DNA of 14,479 nt from an archaeon (GTDB lineage Archaea > Iainarchaeota > Iainarchaeia > Iainarchaeales > JAAZKV01), in the NCBI GenBank assembly GCA_036170245.1, contig JAVHOV010000018.1, positions 1-14,479 of the forward strand. Reading direction: 5' to 3'. The notes under the pieces were generated by a model that made no database searches, was not told the origin of the DNA, and worked only from the letters and a program-made list of their open reading frames with translations. The first letter of the stretch is position 1, and each line of letters starts with the position of its first letter. Positions 6,653-14,423 of the stretch are shown piece after piece. The position numbers and the translations under genes are program-made.

Positions 6653-8650
6653 TTGCCTAAGTATGTAATTAAGAGAGATGGATCTAAAGCCAATTTTGAA
6701 GAAGAAAAAGTGGCTACTGCTATTTGGAAAGCTGTTAGTGCTGTTGGGGGCACTGATAAGGATAAAGCTAATTCTATTGCAAAGGATGTTACTGTTAGAT
6801 TAAATGAAAAATTTGGTGTTGATGGAACAGTTTCTGTAGAAGATGTGCAGGATTTGGTTGAAACTTCTTTAATTAAGGGCGGGCATGATCAGACAGCAAA
6901 AGCCTATATTTTGTATCGTCATCAAAGAGAATTTTTAAGAAAAACAGAGGACATGGTTAATAATTTTGAAATAGTTAATCAGTATATTTCTCAGGAAGAT
7001 TGGAGAGTTAGAGAAAACTCAAACATGGCTTATTCTCTTCAAGGAATGAATTTTAATATTGCAGGGCGAGTAATTTCAAATTACTGGCTTTGCAGAGTTT
7101 ATCCTAGTAGGATAGCTCAGGCTCATAAGAACGCAGATTTGCATATTCATGATTTGGATTGCTTGGCAGCTTATTGTGTTGGTTGGGATTTAAAGCAATT
7201 ATTGCTTGAAGGATTTACTGGAGTGAGAGGAAAAGTTGCTTCAAAACCAGCAAAGCACTTAAGATCTGCTCTTGGTCAAATAGTAAATTTCTTTTATACT
7301 CTTCAAGGAGAAGCAGCTGGTGCTCAGGCATTCAGTAATTTTGATACTTATTTAGCTCCTTTCATTAGATATGATAATTTGGATAGAAAGGCAGTGAAGC
7401 AAGCAATTCAAGAATTTATTTTTAACACAGCAGTTCCAACTAGAGTTGGTTTTCAGACTCCATTCACAAATATAACAATGGATTTAAAAGTTCCTTCTCA
7501 CATTAGTCATGATCCTGTAATAATTGGTGGTCAGCCAATGGAATTAACTTATGCTGATTTCCAAGAAGAAATGGATGTGTTAAATGAAGTATTTTGCGAA
7601 GTAATGACTGAAGGGGATGCAAGCGGAAGAATATTTACTTTCCCAATTCCAACTTATAACATCACTAGCGACTTTGAGTGGGACTCACCAAAGTATGATG
7701 GTATTTGGGACATGACTGCAAAGTATGGTATTCCTTATTTTTCAAATTATATAAACTCTGACATGAAGCCTGAAGACGCAAGAAGTATGTGCTGCCGTTT
7801 AAGACTTGATAATAGAATGTTAAATAAAAGAGGAGGAGGATTGTTTGGAGCAAATCCATTGACTGGATCAATTGGAGTTGTAACAGTAAACATGGCTCGA
7901 TTAGGATACTTATCAAAGTCAGAAGAAGAGTACTTTAAGAAGTTAGGCGACTTAATGGATATTGCAAAAGAATCTTTGATAATTAAAAGAAAAACAATTG
8001 AAAGATTAACTGACCAAGGCTTGTACCCTTACTCTAAATATTATTTAAGAGGAATTAAGGAACAAACAGGAGGATACTGGACTAACCACTTCTCTACTAT
8101 CGGACTTCTTGGAATGAATGAATCTTTACTGAATTTCATGAATAAAACTATTGCAACAAAAGAAGGACTTGCTTTTACAGAAAAAGTTCTTGACTTCATG
8201 AGAGATAAGTTGCAGGTTTACCAGAATGAAACAGGAGATATTTTTAATTTAGAAGCAACTCCTGGTGAAGGAACTTCAAGAAGATTTGCTTGGGCTGATA
8301 AGAAGCAGTTCCCAGATATTATAGTTGCTAATGATAAGCAATATAAGGAGCATCATGTAGCACCATATTATACAAATTCAACTCAATTGCCAGTCAGCCT
8401 GTCTCTTGATTTGTTTGATGCACTTGACTTGCAGGATCCTTTACAGACAAAGTACACGGGGGGAACAGTGTTCCACGTGTTCTTAGGTGAAAAGATTCCT
8501 TCAAGAGAAGCTACAAAGAAATTAGTAAGAAAAATTGCAGAAAATTATAAAATGCCATATTTCTCAATCACTCCGACTTTCAGTGTTTGCCCAATACATG
8601 GATATATTGAAGGAGAGCACGAGTATTGTCCAATATGTGAAAAAGAGTGA
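6653..8650 (+). CDS. nrdD: Anaerobic (class III) ribonucleoside-triphosphate reductase, large subunit with N-terminal ATP cone, lacking the glycyl-radical tail
   Basis: ATP cone VIKRDG..VEDVQDLVE..AKAYILYR, then LHIHDL, AYCVGW, GAQA, FTFPIPT, finger loop RSMCCRL, LEATPGE, YYTNS and YTGGTVFH. Ends at Zn site CPIH..CPIC then TGA. Start TTG 6653 fits SD GGGGTG (6641-6646); GTG 6644 and TTG 6647 are alternatives. Confidence 0.95.
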   Translation: MPKYVIKRDGSKANFEEEKVATAIWKAVSAVGGTDKDKANSIAKDVTVRLNEKFGVDGTVSVEDVQDLVETSLIKGGHDQTAKAYILYRHQREFLRKTEDMVNNFEIVNQYISQEDWRVRENSNMAYSLQGMNFNIAGRVISNYWLCRVYPSRIAQAHKNADLHIHDLDCLAAYCVGWDLKQLLLEGFTGVRGKVASKPAKHLRSALGQIVNFFYTLQGEAAGAQAFSNFDTYLAPFIRYDNLDRKAVKQAIQEFIFNTAVPTRVGFQTPFTNITMDLKVPSHISHDPVIIGGQPMELTYADFQEEMDVLNEVFCEVMTEGDASGRIFTFPIPTYNITSDFEWDSPKYDGIWDMTAKYGIPYFSNYINSDMKPEDARSMCCRLRLDNRMLNKRGGGLFGANPLTGSIGVVTVNMARLGYLSKSEEEYFKKLGDLMDIAKESLIIKRKTIERLTDQGLYPYSKYYLRGIKEQTGGYWTNHFSTIGLLGMNESLLNFMNKTIATKEGLAFTEKVLDFMRDKLQVYQNETGDIFNLEATPGEGTSRRFAWADKKQFPDIIVANDKQYKEHHVAPYYTNSTQLPVSLSLDLFDALDLQDPLQTKYTGGTVFHVFLGEKIPSREATKKLVRKIAENYKMPYFSITPTFSVCPIHGYIEGEHEYCPICEKE

Positions 8651-8669
8651 AAATCAAAGATTTTTCACT
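8646..8669 (+). other. Hairpin overlapping the nrdD stop codon
   Basis: AGTGAAAATC-aaa-GATTTTTCACT forms a 10-bp stem with a single-nt bulge and includes TGA 8648-8650. Confidence 0.4.
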
Positions 8670-8717
8670 TAGATTAAATTTAGTTTTTGTATGAAAGTTC
8701 ACTTGGAGGTGAATAAA

Positions 8718-8861
8718 ATGGTTAAGACAAAGTGCGAAGTTTACAGTAGAGTTGTTGGGTACATTAGACCGGTAAGTAATTGGAATGACAGTAAGCAGGC
8801 AGAATTTGCTGACAGAAAGAAATTTGATTCAGCAATAAAATCTGATTGCAATTGTCAATAA
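8718..8861 (+). CDS. nrdD: Stand-alone glycyl-radical domain of split NrdD (47 aa), not in the ORF track
   Basis: Hand translation gives MVKTKCEVYSRVVGYIRPVSNWNDSKQAEFADRKKFDSAIKSDCNCQ, containing the class III RNR signature YSRVVGYxRPVxxWNxxKxxEFxxR. Perfect SD GGAGGTGA at 8705-8712. Confidence 0.92.
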   Translation: MVKTKCEVYSRVVGYIRPVSNWNDSKQAEFADRKKFDSAIKSDCNCQ

Positions 8862-8875
8862 ATTTTTTTTGTTTT

Positions 8876-8900
8876 AAGGTGCTTTTTTAATTAGCACCTT
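8876..8900 (+). terminator. Hairpin/T-tract putative terminator or processing site between the small nrdD gene and nrdG
   Basis: AAGGTGCT-(9 nt)-AGCACCTT 8-bp stem flanked by T-rich tracts, immediately after stop 8861. Confidence 0.45.
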
Positions 8901-8980
8901 TAGTAATTAGTTTTTATTCTAAAAATTAATTATTTTGTTTTAAATTAGTTTTTGTCTTTTGGAAATTAGGGTTGGTTAGA

Positions 8981-9679
8981 ATGTTCATTGGATCTTTGCA
9001 AAAAACTACCCTTACTGATTTTCCAGGAAAAGTTGCGTGTATTGTTTTTTTAGTGAACTGTAATTTTAAGTGCAAGTTTTGTTATAACAAAGAATTAACC
9101 TCCTTTAAGTATTTCAAAAAGTCAAAAAGAGAATTGATTGATGAAAAGGATTTTTTTGCTTTCCTTGATTCAAAAAAGAAAATGCTTGATGGGGTTGTAA
9201 TAACAGGCGGAGAACCGACTGTTTCTCCAGGGCTTTATGAGTTTATAAAAAAAATAAAATCTTTAGGATTTTTAGTAAAGCTTGATACGAACGGAACAAA
9301 CCCAAATACTCTAAAAAAATTATTTTCAGAAAAGTTAATTGATTATATTGCAATGGACTTCAAAGCGCCTGTTGGAAAGTTTCATGAAATAACCCAATCA
9401 AGCATTCCTTTTGAAACAATTCTTGATTCAGTTTCAATCATCAAAGCAAGCGGAATACCTCACGAATTTAGAACTACATTATATCCTAAATTAACTCGCG
9501 AGGATTTGATTGAAATTTCTCATTTTATTCCTTCTGAAAAATGGTTTTGGCAGTTTTTTCAAGGCAAAAGTGCACTTGATCCAAAATCTAGAAAATTAAA
9601 ATCAATGAAACTCTCTGAATTAAAAAAAATTGCTGAAGAAATAAAACCCGCAGTTAATGTGATTATAAGGGGAGAGTAA
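8981..9679 (+). CDS. nrdG: Anaerobic ribonucleotide reductase activating enzyme (radical SAM)
   Basis: TDFPGKVACIVF, CNFKCKFCYN (CxxxCxxC), GVVITGGEPT, VKLDTNG, IAMDFK and EFRTT; adjacent to nrdD. ATG 8981 preferred over TTG 8972. Confidence 0.93.
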   Translation: MFIGSLQKTTLTDFPGKVACIVFLVNCNFKCKFCYNKELTSFKYFKKSKRELIDEKDFFAFLDSKKKMLDGVVITGGEPTVSPGLYEFIKKIKSLGFLVKLDTNGTNPNTLKKLFSEKLIDYIAMDFKAPVGKFHEITQSSIPFETILDSVSIIKASGIPHEFRTTLYPKLTREDLIEISHFIPSEKWFWQFFQGKSALDPKSRKLKSMKLSELKKIAEEIKPAVNVIIRGE

Positions 9680-9727
9680 TTTGCCCTTTGTGCTGATTTT
9701 AAATTCTGTTTTGTTTTAGTATTATTT

Positions 9728-10465
9728 ATGAGTTTTGTCAATAAAATTTTAAATAAAGTTGCCTCTAAAATTTCGCCCAAAATGGAAGTAACTCTTGCAA
9801 GAAACAAGCTAAAGAAATATAAGGTCATAAAGAGGCAAAGAAAAAAAGAAAAATTATTTTCGGCCGCATCTGTTCCTTTTGTAAAAAAATATAAGAAAGA
9901 AATTTCGGTTGCAGCTAGCTTAGTAAGGCACAATTTAACTAAACTTAGAAGCGGGGTTCCTGTTGAGGAAAAAGGGTTTATCATAAAACCAGCATATAAT
10001 GGGAGAACTTATTCTGGGATTAATGCTGCACTTACTTTGAGTGTTTCATTTAAAGGAAAAACTTTTTTTGTAAAAATGGGGGGGCACTGCGGAGAAAATG
10101 TATTTGAAGGATATGCAAAAGCAAGGGAATATTTTAAGTCAAAAGGAAATTTTATGCATGGTTATAAAGTAGAAGTAGTTCCAACTTATATTTTTTATCT
10201 TAAAAAGAATAATCGCGCAGAGTATCCAAACGGGGTTATTGTTTCTGATTTTTTTCCTAAAGAGAGATTTGATCTTTTAAGGGATGTTGAGTTGTTTACT
10301 GGCCAAAAATTTTTAGCTACTCCTTTAGGAAAAGCAACTAGCAGGATAAAAAAAGATTTGGAAAAAGAGATAAACGTGTATGATGCAAACACATTCAATT
10401 GTTTTGTTGACAAAAAAACAAACACTCTTTACTTCTTTGACTTATTTGCTCCTGGAAGGTATTAA
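9728..10465 (+). CDS. Putative minimal protein-kinase-like protein with basic N-terminal extension (paralog 1 of 3)
   Basis: 245 aa with GRTYSG, LTLSVSFKGKTFFVK, GE, GVIVSDFFP, DANTFN (DxxxxN) and YFFD. Clear paralogy with 11707 and 12450. Kinase call is motif-based inference. Confidence 0.75.
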   Translation: MSFVNKILNKVASKISPKMEVTLARNKLKKYKVIKRQRKKEKLFSAASVPFVKKYKKEISVAASLVRHNLTKLRSGVPVEEKGFIIKPAYNGRTYSGINAALTLSVSFKGKTFFVKMGGHCGENVFEGYAKAREYFKSKGNFMHGYKVEVVPTYIFYLKKNNRAEYPNGVIVSDFFPKERFDLLRDVELFTGQKFLATPLGKATSRIKKDLEKEINVYDANTFNCFVDKKTNTLYFFDLFAPGRY

Positions 10466-10530
10466 TATTTTTTGCCTATCCCTCTTGTTTAAATGTTTTT
10501 TTGCACTCAATTATTATGGTTGTTGTTGAT

Positions 10531-11109
10531 ATGAATAAGCTTGTTTGTTTAGTTGGAATGACTGGTTCTGGCAAAAGTGTTGTTTCTGATTATTTAGTAA
10601 ATAGAGGATACTCTTATTTGCGTTTTGGGCAAATAACTCTTGATATTGTAAAAGAAAGAGGTCTTGAACCAACTGAAGTTAATGAAAAGAAAATCAGGGA
10701 GGATATTAGAAAAGATCATGGAATGGGTGCTTATGCATTACTCAACATTCCTAAATTTGATGAATTATTGAAAAAAGGGAATGTTGTTGGAGATGGGTTA
10801 TATTCTTGGAGTGAATATAAAATTTTAAAAGAAAAATATCCTCTACAATTAGTTGTAGTTGCAGTTTATGCTCCTCCTAAATTAAGGTATGATAGATTGG
10901 TAAAAAGAACTCTTCTTTTGACTGATGTAACAATGCGTAATAGGCCAGCAACTCATGAGTCAGCAAAAGCTAGGGATTATGCAGAAATAGAAAATATTGA
11001 AAAGGGCGGGCCGATAGCAATGAGTGATTTTACTTTAATTAATACTGGTTCAATTGAAGAATTAATTTCACAGTTAAATAAATATTTGCTAATGATTGAG
11101 GGGGAGTAA
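10531..11109 (+). CDS. P-loop nucleoside-monophosphate kinase / dephospho-CoA-kinase-like protein
   Basis: N-terminal Walker A LVGMTGSGKS, DGLYSWSEY, lid-like RYDRLVKR..RD..EI and SDFTLIN. Start placed at ATG 10531 (MNKLVCLVG). Substrate cannot be determined from sequence. Confidence 0.8.
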   Translation: MNKLVCLVGMTGSGKSVVSDYLVNRGYSYLRFGQITLDIVKERGLEPTEVNEKKIREDIRKDHGMGAYALLNIPKFDELLKKGNVVGDGLYSWSEYKILKEKYPLQLVVVAVYAPPKLRYDRLVKRTLLLTDVTMRNRPATHESAKARDYAEIENIEKGGPIAMSDFTLINTGSIEELISQLNKYLLMIEGE

Positions 11110-11112
11110 AGA

Positions 11113-11697
11113 ATGGTTGAGGAAAAAAAGAAATTGAATTATAGACCAACTAAGGATGTTTATTATTGGAATATTGCAAAAGAAACTGCTGAGAGAGGAA
11201 CTTGTTTGAGTGTTAAAGGCGGAGCAGTTATTGTTAAGGATGATCAGATTATTGCAACAGGATACATTGGTGCACCACGCGGAACAATGGATTGTTTTGA
11301 GCGAGGAGTTTGCATGCGTAGACAACTTGGAATTCCTTCAGGTCAAAGGTATGAAATTTGTCGTTCAGTTCATGCTGAACAAAATGCATTAATCAATGCA
11401 GCAAGAGCGGGAGTAAGTGTACTTGGTTCAACTGTTTTTTTATATTTTGTAAAACGTCAGCCAGAGGGAGGGGTTAAATTTGTTAATGCTCAACCGTGCT
11501 TTATGTGTAAAAAAATGTTAATTAATTCTGGAGTAAAAAGATTTGTTGGAAATACTGAGATTGGAGAGCTTGCTTCTTTTGATGTTGAAGCTTGGGCAAG
11601 CGATTGGAAAGAACATGATATGCTTGATGACAAATATGTTTATAACAGCAAATATACTAAGGAAGAACTTGATGCAATTAATAATTTGAAGAAGTGA
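11113..11697 (+). CDS. dCMP deaminase (cytidine/deoxycytidylate deaminase family)
   Basis: RGTC..GAVIVKD..IIATGY.GAPRG, second Zn site C..CMR..C, catalytic HAEQNA and PCFMC; 3 nt downstream of the kinase stop. Confidence 0.9.
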   Translation: MVEEKKKLNYRPTKDVYYWNIAKETAERGTCLSVKGGAVIVKDDQIIATGYIGAPRGTMDCFERGVCMRRQLGIPSGQRYEICRSVHAEQNALINAARAGVSVLGSTVFLYFVKRQPEGGVKFVNAQPCFMCKKMLINSGVKRFVGNTEIGELASFDVEAWASDWKEHDMLDDKYVYNSKYTKEELDAINNLKK

Positions 11698-11706
11698 TTT
11701 TTCAAA

Positions 11707-12441
11707 ATGTCTCCTTCGCCAAAAATGATGGAACTCCTAGCAAAAATGAGGGGCACTACTAAGGGAAGGGAATTTTCTCGTCCACGTAATTTGAAAATTG
11801 TTTTTTCTACTCAAAATCTTTCTAATAAAAAGTTTTTAGCAGTTTCTCCAGTTTTCATGAGAAAATATGGAAAAGATGTTTCTGTTGCAGCTCATTTGAT
11901 TGCTGCAAATCTAAAAAGATTAAAATCAGGTGAAGTAATTGAAGAGAAAGGATTTGTTATAAAAAAAGCAAGTACTGGGAAAGCTCATCAAGGGAATAAT
12001 ACAGAGTTAACATTAAGTGTTTCTTTTAAGGGAAAAACGTTTTTTGTAAAAAGAGGGACTGATTCAGGTGAAGGCCACTTGTTGGCGTATCAAAAAGTGA
12101 AGGAGCTATTTAAATCAATAAATAATCAATTCAATGGATACAAAGTTGAGGTTGTTCCATATCATTTGCTTTATTTAAAATCAAATATGCGTAATGCTAA
12201 AAAATCAAAGGGTTTTTTGGTTTCAGATTTTTTTCCGAGTGAAAAAGTTTCTTTAGTCAAAGATATAGAAAAATTAGTCGGCAGCGAGGAGGCATTTGAT
12301 AAAACCCGCCTTGGTCAGTCTTTAGCTGTAATAAAGCATAGTTTGTATAAGAAAGGATTTAGTGATTTTGGGAATCATAATTGTTTTTTTGATGAAGTAA
12401 AGAAAACAATTTATTTTTTTGATTTATGGATAGCCCATTGA
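11707..12441 (+). CDS. Putative minimal protein-kinase-like protein with basic N-terminal extension (paralog 2 of 3)
   Basis: 244 aa with GKAHQG, LTLSVSFKGKTFFVK, GE, GFLVSDFFP, DFGNHN and YFFD; starts 9 nt after the dCMP deaminase stop. Confidence 0.75.
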   Translation: MSPSPKMMELLAKMRGTTKGREFSRPRNLKIVFSTQNLSNKKFLAVSPVFMRKYGKDVSVAAHLIAANLKRLKSGEVIEEKGFVIKKASTGKAHQGNNTELTLSVSFKGKTFFVKRGTDSGEGHLLAYQKVKELFKSINNQFNGYKVEVVPYHLLYLKSNMRNAKKSKGFLVSDFFPSEKVSLVKDIEKLVGSEEAFDKTRLGQSLAVIKHSLYKKGFSDFGNHNCFFDEVKKTIYFFDLWIAH

Positions 12442-12449
12442 TTTTGGTG

Positions 12450-13130
12450 ATGTATTTGAATTCCTCAGCTTTAACAAAAAAAGTTTCTAATTTGAAAAGA
12501 GTACGATTGATTTCAAAAAAATCTACTCCTAAAGTCAAAAGAACTTTTTATGCTTCGCCTTCTTTTCTAAGAGTAAATGCGAATGAAATTATGGTTGCTC
12601 GGCGTTTAATTTCAGTGAATTTAGAAAAATTAAAAAAAGGCAAAGTTGTAGATGAAAACGGGTTTGTAATTAAAAAAGATTTAACTGGAGAAACACGTCC
12701 TGGAAAATTTAATGAAGTTACGTTAAGCGTTACTCATAATAGAAAAGTTTGTTTTGTAAAAATTGGCGGTCATTCAGGGGAATTGAATGCAAAAGGGTAT
12801 GAGCGAGCAAGAAAGTATGTTGATTCAATTAATAACGAGTTTAAGGGATTTAAGGTTCATCTTGTCCCTGCGCACATATTTTATGAAAAGCAGATTAATG
12901 GTAAATCAAGAGGAATTGCTGTTTCTGACTTTTTCCCAAAAGAGAGCGGGGAACTATTGCATGATATACTGCTAAATATGGGCGAAGAAAAGTTTAATCA
13001 TAGTAAAATTGGGCAAGTGTTTTGGGAGTTAGAAGCTAAGATGTTTTCTAAGGAGATTCTTGACGGGAAAACATATAACTGTTTTTATGATAGGAAATCA
13101 AAATCATTTTACTTTTTTGATTTGATTTAA
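12450..13130 (+). CDS. Putative minimal protein-kinase-like protein with basic N-terminal extension (paralog 3 of 3)
   Basis: GETRPG, VTLSVTHNRKVCFVK, GE, GIAVSDFFP, DGKTYN and YFFDLI-stop. Start uncertain (ATG 12426 overlapping, ATG 12450, or TTG 12456). Its stop overlaps the RPA stop at TTAA 13127-13130. Confidence 0.75.
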   Translation: MYLNSSALTKKVSNLKRVRLISKKSTPKVKRTFYASPSFLRVNANEIMVARRLISVNLEKLKKGKVVDENGFVIKKDLTGETRPGKFNEVTLSVTHNRKVCFVKIGGHSGELNAKGYERARKYVDSINNEFKGFKVHLVPAHIFYEKQINGKSRGIAVSDFFPKESGELLHDILLNMGEEKFNHSKIGQVFWELEAKMFSKEILDGKTYNCFYDRKSKSFYFFDLI

Positions 13131-14383
13131 AGTATTTCTCTTGCAGTAAATTCTTTGTTTCCGCTGAAATTATTTATTTTAGTATATCCAAATACTTTCA
13201 AACTCTTTCCAACAATATTTGCATTTAGTTCAGCAATTACAACATCTGCTCCATTTCCGTTTACTTTTTGTTCTAAGATTTCTTGTTCAAGCCCTATTGC
13301 AAGTAGTGCAGTTTTTCCAAAGAAGCTGGTCTTTATGTTTCCACTTTCATCTCCCAAAATTACTGAGACAACTGGATTTTTTTTAGCAGTAGTTTCTCCA
13401 CACGTGTCGCATAAATAACTACTTTCAGTTTTTGTAATCTTTTTGCCGCATTTTGCGCAGACTTCATAGAATAAATTTCCTTTTTCAACTGAATTAATCT
13501 TTCCTTCAATTACTGCGTTTTCTCCTTCGTTTGTATCAGCAATTTTTTTTATTTCCATTTGGTCTTTTAGTAATTCAACTTGTGTTGGAACACTTTTAGC
13601 AGTTTCTTTTATCTCTGCGCTGTATCCTAAATGTATTTCTACTCCAAATCTTCCTTCTTTAGTATAAGCATTTTCAATTTCAACAGCATCTCCTTCATTG
13701 TATTTTTCAAGTTCATCGGCTTTTTCGTTCCATGCAGTTGCCCTAATTATTGCACTTTCATCCCCAATTTGAAATGAGCACAATTTTCCTTTTCTTTCTC
13801 CGCTTTCAAAATCTTTGCAAGGGAATTTTCTCATTATTCTTCCTAGTATTCCTACACTACTCATTCCGCTTTTAAGTTTAGCTAATTTGACAGGGGCAAT
13901 TTCTTTAGTGTTTTTTATTTCAACACTCCCATTGAACCCTAAAGTAACTTGTTTTGTGTCATTATACATTTTTACTAGAACACTTGTAAGTACAATTTCG
14001 TTTCCTCTTGAAATTTTGAACTGATCAACCTGTTCGTTCCAAAGGGTTACTCTTACTTCTCCAGTAGAGTCATTTAAAATAAATGATCTTAATTTTCCTT
14101 TTTTTCCGTTCTTATCAAATTCTTTTGCAGGAAATACGCCTGTTATTTCTCCTTTGATTTCGATTCCCTTCATTCCTTCTTTCAAATCAGAAATATTAAC
14201 TTGTTCAAGAGTTTCTTGCTTTAACCCTAGTTCTTTTTGAACCATGTAAGTTGCGCCTTGTTCAGTAAGGAGTCCTGAGAACTTTTGTACTTTTGCATCA
14301 ATTAATCCTTTGATTTCTTCAGTTGTTTTCCCAGTTTGTCCAGCAATTTGGGAAATTAGTTCAGTAGTATTTAAGTCAGCCAT
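13127..14383 (-). CDS. rpa: Replication protein A (archaeal ssDNA-binding protein; three OB folds plus zinc finger)
   Basis: N-terminal helical segment (FSGLLTEQGA), OB-fold repeats LNDSTGEVRVTLWNE, IGDESAIIRATAWNE and LGDESGNIKTSFFG, and CAKC..CDTC zinc finger inserted in the last OB fold. Confidence 0.92.
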   Translation of the reverse strand: MADLNTTELISQIAGQTGKTTEEIKGLIDAKVQKFSGLLTEQGATYMVQKELGLKQETLEQVNISDLKEGMKGIEIKGEITGVFPAKEFDKNGKKGKLRSFILNDSTGEVRVTLWNEQVDQFKISRGNEIVLTSVLVKMYNDTKQVTLGFNGSVEIKNTKEIAPVKLAKLKSGMSSVGILGRIMRKFPCKDFESGERKGKLCSFQIGDESAIIRATAWNEKADELEKYNEGDAVEIENAYTKEGRFGVEIHLGYSAEIKETAKSVPTQVELLKDQMEIKKIADTNEGENAVIEGKINSVEKGNLFYEVCAKCGKKITKTESSYLCDTCGETTAKKNPVVSVILGDESGNIKTSFFGKTALLAIGLEQEILEQKVNGNGADVVIAELNANIVGKSLKVFGYTKINNFSGNKEFTAREIL

Positions 14384-14423
14384 TTTTTCAAGTCCTTCTA
14401 TAATTAGTAAAATCTACCAAACC

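Noticed and set aside
6089..7916. ORFs 6089..6286, 6556..6753 and 7665..7916
   Set aside because: They are antisense shadows of the basic protein or nrdD. The hydrophobicity of 6089..6286 simply mirrors Lys/Arg codons on the other strand.
8648..8720. Selenocysteine/stop readthrough or a frameshifted nrdD pseudogene
   Set aside because: Readthrough of TGA hits TAA at 8675, the +1 frame is blocked by TAG at 8670, and the downstream ORF has its own perfect SD, so a genuine two-gene arrangement is more parsimonious.
9559..14024. ORFs 9559..9984, 10195..10425, 11089..11325, 11210..11392, 12787..12975, 13155..13418 and 13815..14024
   Set aside because: All overlap better-supported genes on the opposite strand or in another frame, with no independent evidence.
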